From IMG/VR virus record IMGVR_UViG_3300036900_000443, positions 4,496 through 68,495 of that record: a DNA stretch of 64,000 nucleotides; one strand, written 5' to 3'. Under the pieces are notes generated by a model. That model made no database searches and was not told the origin of the DNA. It worked only from the letters and a program-made list of their open reading frames with translations. Below are positions 9,523 through 19,707 of this stretch, piece by piece. The stretch is from a virus. The position numbers and the translations under genes are program-made. Within the stretch, counting starts at the first letter, position 1, and each line of letters starts with the position of its first letter.

Positions 9523-11321
9523 CGTCTCCCGTCCGGCCGCACATCAAAGCGCAACAACCCTAAGCGCCAGCTGGTTCCCAGCTGATTGGACTCAGCACGA
9601 ATGACCGCTTGTCGGCCGCGGCCACGCAGGTACAACATGGTGGAATCAGTGTTCTCGCGCAGGCACGACAGCGTCTGCGTGGTCGAGAAGGCCTGCGAGG
9701 GACCATTGCGAAAGCGGACCGTGAAAACAACCTTCTGCTCCTGCTCCGGTCCACGCCACATCACGTCGGGGAGCATGCGCGTAACAAATAAAAAATGATC
9801 CCCGCCATCAAGATCAACATCAGCACTTTCCACAAATGCGTTGAGGGGTTGTCCATCGGCCGTCTCGCCCTCCTCGTGGCAATACAGATACTGATCCGCT
9901 CCGGTCGCAAGCGGCCCCTCGTCAAAGAACGGATCGAGCCACGCCGTGCGCGTGAGGCTGCCGTAGCTCCAGCTGGCATCGACCAGGTTCACCAATACGT
10001 AGCTATCGATCTCGTTTCCGGCGGGATAGAAGAACCAGGCCTCCGCGAACTTTCGATTGATGGCACCAAAACATTTGCGAGCCTGCGTCTGATTTAAGCG
10101 GCCGTACACGTAATCGCGCAGCGGGCAGGGAAGCGGCGTCACCGCGCTGCCAGCGTAGGCGTAGAACTGATTGCTGCCCATGATGAGCACGCTGTTGCCG
10201 ACGTCCACCATGGCGTTCATGCCGAGCACGCTGATGTTGTCCGACACCATGACGTGCGTATAGGTGTAGGGCGGTCCCGTGTAGACAAAAGAATGCAGAC
10301 TGCGTTCCGTACAGACCAGCACCTCGGCCCGCGTGCGCAGGCCGCCCACAATGCGGCTGCCGACGCCTAAACGCAAACTGCCCGAATCGTGCGTGGTATC
10401 GGGCGTCCAGTAAGCCGGACCGACATCTTGGTCGCACCAACGCACGAGCAGCGGGTCTTGCGTAGCGCTCCCAATGGCATTCGCACCGAGGGCGAATACA
10501 TGCCGGTCCGGAGTCACGAGCACCTGATGTGCCACCGTGGGAGTGTCAGACGCTCCCGGCAATTGATCGAGCGTCACGCCCGGCACATACCCGCCCGACT
10601 TATCCCAGTAGTAAATGGGCCCATCCATCGGGCAATACACCAGATCCTCGCCGTAGTTGTCGGCCGACCATAGCCGAATGCCCTGCGTGCCGGTGGCAAA
10701 CGCCGGCTGCCCCCAGCCGCCTTGCCCCCAAGGGGCCATGCCCCAGCCAGCGCCCGCTACATCGTTCACTCGGCCCGAGCCATATCGAAACTGGAACGTT
10801 ACGCTGCCACCACCGGAAGCCACCGTGGCGTTCTCGTCACCCGTGACGTCCAGCACGAAGGTGTTCGCATCGGGCACGGCTTTCACCTGCCACTCACCGT
10901 TTAGCACCAAACCGCCGACTGCGGCCGAGTTCGAGACGAGCACCCAATCGCCCACCTGAGCGCCATGTGCCGTCACCGTCGCCGTGACCGTGCCTGGCTT
11001 GGTCAGGAACGGGTTCGTGACCGTCACCGTCGAGCGAATGGGCGTGATGTCGTGATACCGGTTATCTTGCTCGGAGAAGACGTACATCTTCTCGCTAGTG
11101 CCCAGGCTCACCAATTGCTGATTGTCGAGGCCGGCCCAGGCATGCAGGTCGCGGCAGATGCCAGCAAAGGTCGTCGCCACCATCTTGCGCCAACCGCCGA
11201 TCACTTCCGGCAAACCCATGCGGAAGCGAATCCACTGCGCCAGATACCAACCACCCTGGTCGGCGTAACGCGTCATATCACGCACCACGCCGGCCCGAAT
11301 GGGATAAGCCTTGAGCGGCAT
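9519..11321 (-). CDS. Tail nozzle/stabilisation protein (P22 gp10-like role)
   Basis: 600-aa beta-rich ORF with RFRMGLPEVIGGW, DPLLVRWCDQ and terminal WRLGLLRFDVRPDGRR. Confidence 0.7.
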   Translation of the reverse strand: MPLKAYPIRAGVVRDMTRYADQGGWYLAQWIRFRMGLPEVIGGWRKMVATTFAGICRDLHAWAGLDNQQLVSLGTSEKMYVFSEQDNRYHDITPIRSTVTVTNPFLTKPGTVTATVTAHGAQVGDWVLVSNSAAVGGLVLNGEWQVKAVPDANTFVLDVTGDENATVASGGGSVTFQFRYGSGRVNDVAGAGWGMAPWGQGGWGQPAFATGTQGIRLWSADNYGEDLVYCPMDGPIYYWDKSGGYVPGVTLDQLPGASDTPTVAHQVLVTPDRHVFALGANAIGSATQDPLLVRWCDQDVGPAYWTPDTTHDSGSLRLGVGSRIVGGLRTRAEVLVCTERSLHSFVYTGPPYTYTHVMVSDNISVLGMNAMVDVGNSVLIMGSNQFYAYAGSAVTPLPCPLRDYVYGRLNQTQARKCFGAINRKFAEAWFFYPAGNEIDSYVLVNLVDASWSYGSLTRTAWLDPFFDEGPLATGADQYLYCHEEGETADGQPLNAFVESADVDLDGGDHFLFVTRMLPDVMWRGPEQEQKVVFTVRFRNGPSQAFSTTQTLSCLRENTDSTMLYLRGRGRQAVIRAESNQLGTSWRLGLLRFDVRPDGRR

Positions 11322-11322
11322 G

Positions 11323-13311
11323 TCAGCTACTCGCTCCCGAGAGATCAATCGGCGGAGGGTTGTTCGTCAAGTCATCCAGCGACAAGGTCGTCATCGAAGA
11401 CGAGCGCCAATTGGTCGCCAGGTATTTGAACTTGCCACCGGCGATCCCCGGATTATTCGCAATGCCACCGCCAGTGGTGTCCGGATAATAATCCCCGCCG
11501 CAATTGAGCACAAAGTTCGCCTGGTTGCGATCGTCTGTGCCGCTCGGATTCGTTAAGATCAGCCGCGCCTCAACACTCGCCACCACGCCGCCGACATCGT
11601 TCGGGTCGATCGGCACACGGGGGAACGGCGCATAGAAGTGGCACATGCGGCCGGGCGCATCCGGCAGGAAGGAGATGGTCCCATCCGGCTCGGTGCGCGT
11701 GGCCAAGAGGCCGTAATAGTTCGAGAAGTCCTCCGCATAGCTGCCGACTTCCGGATTGTCAACCTGGCAGCCCTGCGTCCAGGCTCCGGTGGACAAACGC
11801 TTCCACCAGATCTGTAAGCGACGAATGTTAATACGCGTATTGGTCGTGCTGTTGCCGCCCTGGCCCACATACAGCCCGCCCCACACATCCATCGCTGTAT
11901 TGCCCTGCGGCGCATTGCCCATCGAGATATATGCGCTGGTATAGAACCCAAAGTCAGGGGGCACGCCATGGGGATGCCCTTCATTCAGCGCCGCCACATT
12001 CGGCGCGTCCCACTGATCGTTGGCAATCTGCGAGCTGTAGTTCACCGCGGAACGCGTCGCCGCATGGAAGGAGGCTGTATGCCAGGCTCCCACCACCGGC
12101 GCCGTGGTGTAAGTGATGTTGCTTCCGCTGAAGGTGTAGTCTTTTCCCGGCGCCTGCAAGAGCCCGTTCTTAAACAACTTCAACGATGAATCCGGCGCCA
12201 CGCTCAAAGTGAAGGCCTTGTTCACGCCATCGAGCGCCCCGGAGGGCACTTCATCCAGCTCCGGCGAAATCGTGACCGGCATGTCAGCCACAGCAAGGGC
12301 ACGAAACGCTGCCACATCCTGTGTGCCACTAATCGGCGGACCGGCAAACACCGTGTTGGAATATTGCACGCCGCCCGGCTGAGAACCGCCACCCCCACCG
12401 CTGGCACCCCAATTGAGCAGCACCGCTTCCCGCTGAAAGGACTGCTTGTCCACAAAGGAAATTGACAAGCGGTCATCGAACAGCACCAAGGCCGCCTGCG
12501 CGACCTGCAGCGACGCAGGCACCGTGAGATTGCACAGTTCGACCGCCGGCGTCTTGAAGTAGAGCGGCGTATTGGTTAAGGCGCAGCCCAGCGTATAAGC
12601 GGTTAGATCACCCAACGCCTTCACGGAGCTGAGGGTCGAGTTCCCCGCCACCAGCAGCGTTCCGCTCATCTGCACATTGCCCTGCGCCAAGAGCAGATTC
12701 AATACGGTCGTCTGCGAAGCATTGATCGACAGCCGCGGCCCATTCGCCGCCACGAAGGTCATGGTACCGGCGCCCGGCGAGTACAACCCGGTCGTGGGCG
12801 AATTCCGAAAAGCAATTGCAGGCGCCTGGATCGTGCCCGGCGGCAGCAGGACGCTGGTGCCCACGCCGGTCAGCTGCAACCCGTCCGAGATGCCCGTCAC
12901 GCTGGCGGTCGAGCCCTGCCCGTCGCAGTAGAGAATGGCGCTCTGCCCATTGCCGACCGAGTAGCTGGCGCCCGACCCCTGCGTCACATGCAGGTCAAAA
13001 CCGCCATCGAGCAGGTTGCGCACAAACACCCAGAACGAAACCGTTGCCGGAGAAACCGTCACCGTCACCGCGGAAGTGGGCAATCCATTAAAGACCCAGT
13101 AGCGATTGCGGGCAGCAGACAGCACGCCCGGCGTCATGGTCAAAGTCACCGCATTCACGCCGGCGCAAGAGGTGACCACGCGCCCGGCGATCGCCTGATC
13201 GAACATGGCGAAGTCGTTGTTGGCGGTATCGCCCCACGTCCCCGACTGGTCCCCATCCGCGGGACACTCGATCAGCAGAGAAGCGGTAAAGGTAGAATCC
13301 GGATCTGGCAT
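11323..13311 (-). CDS. Tail fibre/spike protein
   Basis: N-terminal GDQSGTWGDTANN...DQAIAG virion-attachment-type motif; beta-rich body with a distinct C-terminal domain. Confidence 0.65.
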   Translation of the reverse strand: MPDPDSTFTASLLIECPADGDQSGTWGDTANNDFAMFDQAIAGRVVTSCAGVNAVTLTMTPGVLSAARNRYWVFNGLPTSAVTVTVSPATVSFWVFVRNLLDGGFDLHVTQGSGASYSVGNGQSAILYCDGQGSTASVTGISDGLQLTGVGTSVLLPPGTIQAPAIAFRNSPTTGLYSPGAGTMTFVAANGPRLSINASQTTVLNLLLAQGNVQMSGTLLVAGNSTLSSVKALGDLTAYTLGCALTNTPLYFKTPAVELCNLTVPASLQVAQAALVLFDDRLSISFVDKQSFQREAVLLNWGASGGGGGSQPGGVQYSNTVFAGPPISGTQDVAAFRALAVADMPVTISPELDEVPSGALDGVNKAFTLSVAPDSSLKLFKNGLLQAPGKDYTFSGSNITYTTAPVVGAWHTASFHAATRSAVNYSSQIANDQWDAPNVAALNEGHPHGVPPDFGFYTSAYISMGNAPQGNTAMDVWGGLYVGQGGNSTTNTRINIRRLQIWWKRLSTGAWTQGCQVDNPEVGSYAEDFSNYYGLLATRTEPDGTISFLPDAPGRMCHFYAPFPRVPIDPNDVGGVVASVEARLILTNPSGTDDRNQANFVLNCGGDYYPDTTGGGIANNPGIAGGKFKYLATNWRSSSMTTLSLDDLTNNPPPIDLSGASS

Positions 13312-13325
13312 CTATCGCCCTCCCT

Positions 13326-13742
13326 TCATGCGGTGTACCCGTAGTTCGCGCCAGCCGCAACAGTCACCGCCAGACTAAACGCCTGCCTGCCCGTCAGGGG
13401 CTGCGCATCCGTGACGGTCACCGTAAAGCCGAAGGTTCCGGTCAGCGTCGGAGTTCCGCTGAGTAGGCCGCTGGCCGCGCCCAAGCTGAGGCCCGCAGGC
13501 AAAGCGCCGGAGGTAACTGCAAAGGTATAGGGCGCTATGCCGCCGCCCGCCGTCAGCGTCTGCGAATACGGAAGCCCGACCAACCCCGCAGGAAGAACCG
13601 GATCGAGCACGAAGAGGACCGCCCCGCTGCCTTGCAGGAACCGCGGCGCCCGTACCGTGATGCCGCCCGTCGGGAACGGCTGATAGCGCGGGACGGTAGC
13701 GGACGGAAGGGGCAGCGGCCCTTGATAGGAAAGAGTGGCCAC
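13326..13742 (-). CDS. Putative Ig-domain (He_PIG-like) virion protein
   Basis: LPAGLVGLPYSQTLTAGGGIAPYTF...LPAGLSL...GLLSGTPT..G.F.FTVTVTD. Confidence 0.75.
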   Translation of the reverse strand: MATLSYQGPLPLPSATVPRYQPFPTGGITVRAPRFLQGSGAVLFVLDPVLPAGLVGLPYSQTLTAGGGIAPYTFAVTSGALPAGLSLGAASGLLSGTPTLTGTFGFTVTVTDAQPLTGRQAFSLAVTVAAGANYGYTA

Positions 13743-14612
13743 TTACTCCCACCTCATGGCTAAACCGTACCCGTGCGCCGCGTTGAAATTGTTGTTCTTA
13801 CTAAAGATAAAAGTGTGACTCGCCCCGAGAAGCGTGGTGTTGATCAGCGCCAACTCCGTGAAGTCGTTCTGCGCTGGATGAATAAACAGCAGCGTCGGAT
13901 TGTCGTAGTAGCCGACAAAAGGGAATACCGGAGTAATGCCGATATTCCCGTTGAAATTCAGGCTCTGCGTGCTCCCGTCCATGAAGGCCGCGCCTGTAAT
14001 CGCATTGAATAGCGTCTCGCCGTTGCCGGCAGAAAGCGGGCCAGCTCCGACACCAAACACGATGGAGCGTTGCGCGTATGGACTATTCGTATGGTTACTG
14101 TCACGGGCGCAGAACACCGTGAAGTAAGAATTGGTCACCGCGCCAGACGAGCTTCTCGAACGATCCACACCAATCGCACAATTCCCGTTCGCGATATCGC
14201 GCCACAGCATGATCGCGAAACTGGAGGAATCGCCACAGTACAGGCAGTTGTAAAGCGTGGCGCCAGAATTATTGGTCGTGCTGGGCACGGACTGCTGCGA
14301 AGTAAATCCCGTGAGCGTGCCAGCTCCGTTCGTTGTGGTCCCGGCTTGAATCTTAAGGGCAGGAGAAGAGCCGCCGTTGTTGCCATAGTCGATGCGGACA
14401 AAGAAATTCGTTCCCCCATCGCCCGGTTGCCAGATCTCGTAGACGTAGTTATTCGAGGTGGGAACCGAGGCAATCGAACCCCAGTTGACCTGCCCGGTGT
14501 CGCTCGACTGCGTCCAACCAAATGCCGTCAATGCCGCATTGATGGACTGCGCCCAGTCCTTAAAATTGGCCAGCGTAGAGAGATCATGCACATGCGTTTC
14601 GTTGCGTGTCAT
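13743..14612 (-). CDS. Putative tail-associated structural protein
   Basis: S/T/N/G-rich ORF in the tail cluster; start MTRNETH just after the upstream stop. Confidence 0.55.
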   Translation of the reverse strand: MTRNETHVHDLSTLANFKDWAQSINAALTAFGWTQSSDTGQVNWGSIASVPTSNNYVYEIWQPGDGGTNFFVRIDYGNNGGSSPALKIQAGTTTNGAGTLTGFTSQQSVPSTTNNSGATLYNCLYCGDSSSFAIMLWRDIANGNCAIGVDRSRSSSGAVTNSYFTVFCARDSNHTNSPYAQRSIVFGVGAGPLSAGNGETLFNAITGAAFMDGSTQSLNFNGNIGITPVFPFVGYYDNPTLLFIHPAQNDFTELALINTTLLGASHTFIFSKNNNFNAAHGYGLAMRWE

Positions 14613-14613
14613 A

Positions 14614-15369
14614 TCACTCCAACTGCGCCGTGAACTGCCAAGAAGCAGTGCCGGAAGAAATGTCCATCGAGAACACATCGGAAGCGGCCACGCTGGCACT
14701 GCAGGCAAAGGTAGCGACCGTACCGCTCGTCGTCGCTGCCGCCAGTGTAGGATTCACGATCGCAGCGCCATTCTGCTTAATCACGAACGTCAAGGCCGTG
14801 GCGCCATCCGAAGCCTTGGTCGTCACCACGCACTTGGCGAACGTGCCGCTGTGCGGCGCCGCCAGCATCGGGCCCACGTTCGTACCCGTCGCACCAGACC
14901 CCATCACGAAACCAATCACCAGGGGCGTTGGACCCGGCGGCCCAGGAGGCCCCTGGCTGCCGGGGGCTCCCGCGCTTCCCGGCACTCCCTGACTGCCCGT
15001 GCTTCCCGTAGGTCCCGGCGGGCCCGGCGGGCCCGGCTGCCCAGGGGGACCAGGAGGGCCAGGCACATCCCCGCTCACCACCGCCGGCAAAACCGGCAAA
15101 GATTCCGTAACCGGCACAGCAAACGGAGTCGTCTCTTCGCACACCGCACGCCAGTCCGGATGACACGCCGCAGTTTGACTGAACCAATACAGGGCACACG
15201 GCGCCGTCAGACAGATCCACCACATCGGCGACATCACCGTCGCCGCCTGCGGCACAACAGCACTGCTCCAGGCCAAATGCACAATCAGCGCGGCCGGAAA
15301 GGCCACCACAACGGTTTTCACCGGGCCGAATAGCGCTACCGCATTGACCGTCGAGCCGAACAGCGCCAT
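14614..15369 (-). CDS. Collagen-like (Gly-X-Y) structural protein
   Basis: Run of [31 protein letters not shown]... triplets. Confidence 0.75.
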   Translation of the reverse strand: MALFGSTVNAVALFGPVKTVVVAFPAALIVHLAWSSAVVPQAATVMSPMWWICLTAPCALYWFSQTAACHPDWRAVCEETTPFAVPVTESLPVLPAVVSGDVPGPPGPPGQPGPPGPPGPTGSTGSQGVPGSAGAPGSQGPPGPPGPTPLVIGFVMGSGATGTNVGPMLAAPHSGTFAKCVVTTKASDGATALTFVIKQNGAAIVNPTLAAATTSGTVATFACSASVAASDVFSMDISSGTASWQFTAQLE

Positions 15370-15372
15370 GTT

Positions 15373-15798
15373 TTATCTCGCCTGCAAAGGCGCTGAATTC
15401 GGATCCCCGTACGTAAAGGTGATCGTAAAGGTGTCGGACACCACCGTCCTATCTGCGCCAAAGTCCCCTACGCTCACCGCGGCATTGCCCTGCGTAGAGT
15501 TGTAGAGCAACATGCCGCGCACCGTAAAGGTAGCGCCAGGCCAAGAGAGCGGAGCAAAGGTCACGTAGGCAACCGAGCCCGCCACAAACACGCCCTGCGA
15601 CACCAGCGGCAAGCCGCCGGCCGCATAGCCTGGCCCAGAGACTTCTCCCGCCGTGGTGTACAGCGCCGTCGTGGCGTCGAGCGTGGCGCTATTGGTATAC
15701 AGCGCCAGCATGAAGGTATCGCCGCCTGGATCAAAATGATGAACTCCCTGCAGCAATTGGCCGCGGAAGGTGTTGCACAATGTCGAACCCGTCAACAT
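15373..15798 (-). CDS. Conserved virion structural protein
   Basis: CNTFRGQLLQGVHHF...FMLALYT...YTTAGEVSGPGYAAGG...DFGAD motif. Confidence 0.65.
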   Translation of the reverse strand: MLTGSTLCNTFRGQLLQGVHHFDPGGDTFMLALYTNSATLDATTALYTTAGEVSGPGYAAGGLPLVSQGVFVAGSVAYVTFAPLSWPGATFTVRGMLLYNSTQGNAAVSVGDFGADRTVVSDTFTITFTYGDPNSAPLQAR

Positions 15799-15874
15799 AT
15801 TCTTTGTCGCTCTCTCCCTTCTCTCCTCCTCGCAAAACACCTCGGCGAGGGTGCGAGGCCGCACATCGTACTGC

Positions 15875-16510
15875 TTACGTCTCAACCCGCTTGTCCGGCT
15901 TCCGATAGAAGTCCTTACGATCACGTCCGTGCCCATAAAGCGTTAAGAACTGCACCGCTTCCTGATAGCGGTCTTCGTACAGCTTCACCATGTCCGGCTC
16001 GCCCTTCATGAAGGTGTACGCTTCCTTCAAGGCGGCGTAGAACAAGCAGTCTTCCGCGTTATCGCCCAACCAAGTGCGCTCGACATCCACGATCGAAGGC
16101 AGCCGCGCACAATAGTTCAGCTCCAGCCGGTAGGTCCAGTCCGGCGCCGGCCCGAGACGAATCTGGTTCTCGCCATCGAGCGCATAGACCACCGGCCGAC
16201 CCGGCGCCAGCTGCGGATAGGCAGCCCGCAAAAACTCCGCATCCTTGTTGTCGAGCGGCCAAGGCTGCCCCGCCATATCCAACAACCAGAGCGAGTAGGG
16301 CGCCAAGAAGTCCGCCGGAATCGCCAGCAGCGAAGAAAGGCGACAACACTTGCCCTGATAAGTCTTACGCCAGGCTGGCAGCTGCACCGCTTTCTGAATA
16401 CGCACCTCGGCCAGCTGGATGAAGAGCGGCAGGTTCGTGGTGAACTTCTGCTCGTAATCTTCTACCCAGTCACTGATCGCCGCCTCTAACGTCTCGCGGG
16501 TAAACGGCAT
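15875..16510 (-). CDS. Head-tail adaptor-like protein
   Basis: FIQLAEVRI..., GPAPD..Y.LELNY, TWLGDNAEDCLFYAAL.EAY.FMKGE pattern. Confidence 0.65.
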   Translation of the reverse strand: MPFTRETLEAAISDWVEDYEQKFTTNLPLFIQLAEVRIQKAVQLPAWRKTYQGKCCRLSSLLAIPADFLAPYSLWLLDMAGQPWPLDNKDAEFLRAAYPQLAPGRPVVYALDGENQIRLGPAPDWTYRLELNYCARLPSIVDVERTWLGDNAEDCLFYAALKEAYTFMKGEPDMVKLYEDRYQEAVQFLTLYGHGRDRKDFYRKPDKRVET

Positions 16511-16529
16511 CTTTCCTTCAGGAACTGCT

Positions 16530-17483
16530 TCAGCAGATTTTGGCCGGCCGCACCCCGCGGATCGCAATCCCGGCGCCCTTCACCTTGCCGCCTTTCGCAA
16601 AGCTCGCGGGTGCCTTTTTGCCGGGCGCCTTCACGCCTTGCAGCGGATTTTCCGAGATCCCCTTGGGACCCTTTGGTCCGCCCATACGCTCGCTCATGGC
16701 TTGCCGCAAAGCACCGCCGGCGGCTTTACAGATCTTGCCGCCCTTGTTCTGCTCTTCCTTCTTCATGTCCTGGCCTTTCTGGGGCGGCTTAGCGTGCCCC
16801 ACCGCAATGAGAATGCTCAGCCCCTTTTTGCCCTTGGGCGGAGTTGGGCCTCCTTCCGCCATGCGTAACCCCTTCACGCGAGCGCCCATGCCAGCCCCCA
16901 TGCGCAGCGGCTGCATGCCACGCAAGGGAGAAATCGCTGCCCGACTCAAGCGCGGCATCGCCATGCCGCCCATCTTGGGCAGGCGTGGAATCGCCATCTT
17001 CGGCATTGAAGGAATCCCCATGCCGCCGGCCGCCTGCACTTGCGGCGGTTGACTCATCATGGTGGGCAGTGCCTGAAACGGAATATTCGTCGGAATGGCC
17101 GGCGTGGGCTGCGTCGCCGCCAGCCAGCTCGCCGGATTCATGCCGGGCGTAGTGCCGGCGGTCGCGCCCGCGCCCGGTGTCGTCGGCTTGGTGTACTGCG
17201 GTGGGGTAATTGAGCCCAAAGTCTGGTTCACGGTCTGGCCGATCTTGCCGGCCATGCCGCCCATGCCGGACATGCCCTGCAACGCGCCGAGTCCAGCGCC
17301 AATGCCGGCCACCGACTGACGGCCGCCCAGGCCCCGTGTAATGCCATAGATCATGGCGGCCTTTAGCAACGGAGCCACTTTGTTCATCACGCCGCCAGAG
17401 GTGTCGCTGGTGGCCGCCGGCTTCTGCGCTACTTCTCCGGTTTCGAGATCGGGGCTATCGCCCCACGGATTCTCAAGTCCCAT
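16530..17483 (-). CDS. Basic low-complexity virion-associated protein
   Basis: M/G/K/P-rich ORF with repeated xAxGG motifs, ending AKGGKVKGAGIAIRG. Confidence 0.5.
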   Translation of the reverse strand: MGLENPWGDSPDLETGEVAQKPAATSDTSGGVMNKVAPLLKAAMIYGITRGLGGRQSVAGIGAGLGALQGMSGMGGMAGKIGQTVNQTLGSITPPQYTKPTTPGAGATAGTTPGMNPASWLAATQPTPAIPTNIPFQALPTMMSQPPQVQAAGGMGIPSMPKMAIPRLPKMGGMAMPRLSRAAISPLRGMQPLRMGAGMGARVKGLRMAEGGPTPPKGKKGLSILIAVGHAKPPQKGQDMKKEEQNKGGKICKAAGGALRQAMSERMGGPKGPKGISENPLQGVKAPGKKAPASFAKGGKVKGAGIAIRGVRPAKIC

Positions 17484-17492
17484 ACAAAACTC

Positions 17493-18047
17493 CTATCGAT
17501 ACGGTGTGGCGTTCGGCTGCAACACGCCCGGAGCGCCGTCAAGTAACACATCTCGCAAGGTGCGAGGTTGATCGGTCCAGGTAGACGTGGACAAAATGAA
17601 CACGCCAAAATACACGCCCACTGGCTGCGCCCAGCGCAGCGGTTGGGTCTCGACCGCTGCCGTATGCACCGGCGTATCCGGCCGCGCATCCCGCGGAGCG
17701 CCCACATCGTCGAAGTGCATGCGCCCCAGCTGCAGCTGCGGATCGTCGTCGTCGTAACACTCCGGGCACACCCGCCAGCCCGTCAGCATTTGATTGAAGA
17801 TCTGATAGCGCAGCTCGCTCAGCTTGTAGCGAAAGCCGCAGCGATCGCACAAGCCCCAGACTCGCGAGTCGGGAGCATAGCGCGAGCCGGCCGGACCGCC
17901 CTGGTTGTCGGGCGGATTGCCCCGTTCCAGCGGTGGCAAAATCGGCTGGGAGGCGGGAAGCGAGCCCAGTCGATCCTGCACAACCGGTGGTGCTACGGAA
18001 GAGAAATTTACCGTCACTGGCATCGGATCCTCATAACGTCCAGGCAA
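17493..18047 (-). CDS. Conserved phage protein with CxxC...CxxC
   Basis: CDRCGFRYKL...VCPECYDDDDPQLQLG. Confidence 0.6.
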   Translation of the reverse strand: MPGRYEDPMPVTVNFSSVAPPVVQDRLGSLPASQPILPPLERGNPPDNQGGPAGSRYAPDSRVWGLCDRCGFRYKLSELRYQIFNQMLTGWRVCPECYDDDDPQLQLGRMHFDDVGAPRDARPDTPVHTAAVETQPLRWAQPVGVYFGVFILSTSTWTDQPRTLRDVLLDGAPGVLQPNATPYR

Positions 18048-18840
18048 TCTCCGGCACGATCGTGAGCGGCGCCTTCTCGCGATCTTCGCTCTCGGCTAAC
18101 TGCAGCTGGAACAGATACTCCTGCTTCAGCTCCGCGAGCATCGGCCGCGCTTCGACCCGCTTCAAAGCAATCGAATAGGACAAGCCGGCCACCAGCGCGG
18201 TCGCCATACGATCCGGCACGTCCGCATCGCCGCCTAGGCCGGGCGGTGGCGTGCGCAGATTTCGCACGCGGGTGAGAGCCAGGATCGAATCCACATCCGG
18301 CACCGGCCAAGGGCGGAAGCGCGGCCAGCGGCTCGAGCGATCCAGCCAATACTGCACCGGCCGCCCGCGCTGCCGCTTGCTCGGAATGTTGGCATATTCG
18401 TCCGCCGAGAGCGGACGCATGTAATAGTCCTGCTGGCCGAGCGAGCCAGACTGCGTGCGCAGCGCGGCGTGCATCACATCGAAGGTGTCGAGCGGCATCT
18501 CGAGCAGGTCCTGGCCGGCCCGGATCGGATACTCTTCCGCCACCAACGTCCACAGATGAATCCCGCGGTTGTTCCATTCCTTCAACAGGAACAGCAAACT
18601 CCGCGAAGCTTCCTTCACCATGTAGCCTTCGCGGAAGTCCAAACCGCAGCGCGAGTAGGCTTCTTCGAAGTAATCGAGCAGCGAGGGCTGTGTCGAGAAG
18701 TGCGTGCCCTGCACCACCGTCTCGGTCTCCGCTACTACCAACTTCACGACGAACTTGGGGCTGGCCACCTCGACCCCGGTCAGGACCGGGCCCAGCGACA
18801 AGTGGACGACAAAGTTCGGTGCGGATTGCGAGACGGCCAT
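18031..18840 (-). CDS. Head-tail connector/adaptor protein
   Basis: EEAYSRCG..., EWNNRGIHLWT, YANIPSK...GRP.QYW, ALVAGLSY motifs; lies downstream of the capsid genes. Confidence 0.65.
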   Translation of the reverse strand: MAVSQSAPNFVVHLSLGPVLTGVEVASPKFVVKLVVAETETVVQGTHFSTQPSLLDYFEEAYSRCGLDFREGYMVKEASRSLLFLLKEWNNRGIHLWTLVAEEYPIRAGQDLLEMPLDTFDVMHAALRTQSGSLGQQDYYMRPLSADEYANIPSKRQRGRPVQYWLDRSSRWPRFRPWPVPDVDSILALTRVRNLRTPPPGLGGDADVPDRMATALVAGLSYSIALKRVEARPMLAELKQEYLFQLQLAESEDREKAPLTIVPEIAWTL

Positions 18841-19707
18841 TTACCGCACAATGAAGCGCACGTTCAAGAAGGCCAGCGAGGCGCCGGCCGCGAAGGGCGG
18901 CGCATTGATCAGCACGGCGTTGCCGGGCGTGTGCGCTGCTTTCGTCGTGCCGTTCGTCCCGCGAGTCACATTGAAGTTCGAAGCGTTGATGACGCTCACG
19001 ACCGTCATCTGCTCGGTGCCGATCTGCAACACGACGCCCGGCGAAACTTCCGGGCGCCCGTCCTGCAGCGCAACGACCGAATCGGTCGTCGCATTCATCG
19101 CCGTATTCAGAGCGCCCACCGTAACCGGAGCGGCTTGCGCGGACACCTGCGGCGGCGTCTCTACGGAAGCTTCCGGCTGAGCGTCAGGATGAGCGTGTGG
19201 ATGCGCATGCGGATGAACTTCCTTGGCGTCCGGCTCCTTCTTGTGCTTGCCGTTCTCTTTCTCCTTAGCTGCCTCCTTGTCCTTGGCGGTCTCCTTGCGT
19301 GTACTGGCCTCCATAGAGAGCGGGCCCGACAGCGAGACCTTCAGCGAGTTGCCCCGCGTGCCGGCATAGACCGCCGCCAGGTTGCCGCCGGTCAACGGCA
19401 GTGCAGCCGTGCCCGTGCCAATGGTCGCCGTGCCAAAGTCGGCATCCCCACCCGACTCGTTGCCGAGCGAGAGGGTGGCGCCCACCGCAAAGGCAATCAC
19501 CGGATCGACCCAAGCCGCCGTCACCTGCGAGCCGTGCGGCACCGGGATATAGGTCACCTGCGGCATGCCCGTCACCAGCGGCACGCTGAGCAGGTTCTCC
19601 TGCGGCCAGCTGTTGGCGGCATAGCCGCCGGGCGGCGTGGTCGTGACAGCGGGCTGCCCTGGATTGGTCCCGAGCGCCGTCGCGCCGAGGACCTGGTTCA
19701 CAATCAT
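18841..19707 (-). CDS. Putative capsid-associated structural protein
   Basis: ORF in the late operon; C-terminal IGTEQM.V....VTRG.NGT..AAH module. Confidence 0.5.
   Translation of the reverse strand: MIVNQVLGATALGTNPGQPAVTTTPPGGYAANSWPQENLLSVPLVTGMPQVTYIPVPHGSQVTAAWVDPVIAFAVGATLSLGNESGGDADFGTATIGTGTAALPLTGGNLAAVYAGTRGNSLKVSLSGPLSMEASTRKETAKDKEAAKEKENGKHKKEPDAKEVHPHAHPHAHPDAQPEASVETPPQVSAQAAPVTVGALNTAMNATTDSVVALQDGRPEVSPGVVLQIGTEQMTVVSVINASNFNVTRGTNGTTKAAHTPGNAVLINAPPFAAGASLAFLNVRFIVR

Noticed and set aside
6443-13311. Diversity-generating retroelement acting on tail fibres
   Set aside because: No reverse transcriptase and no TR/VR pair with adenine-specific mismatches was noticed.
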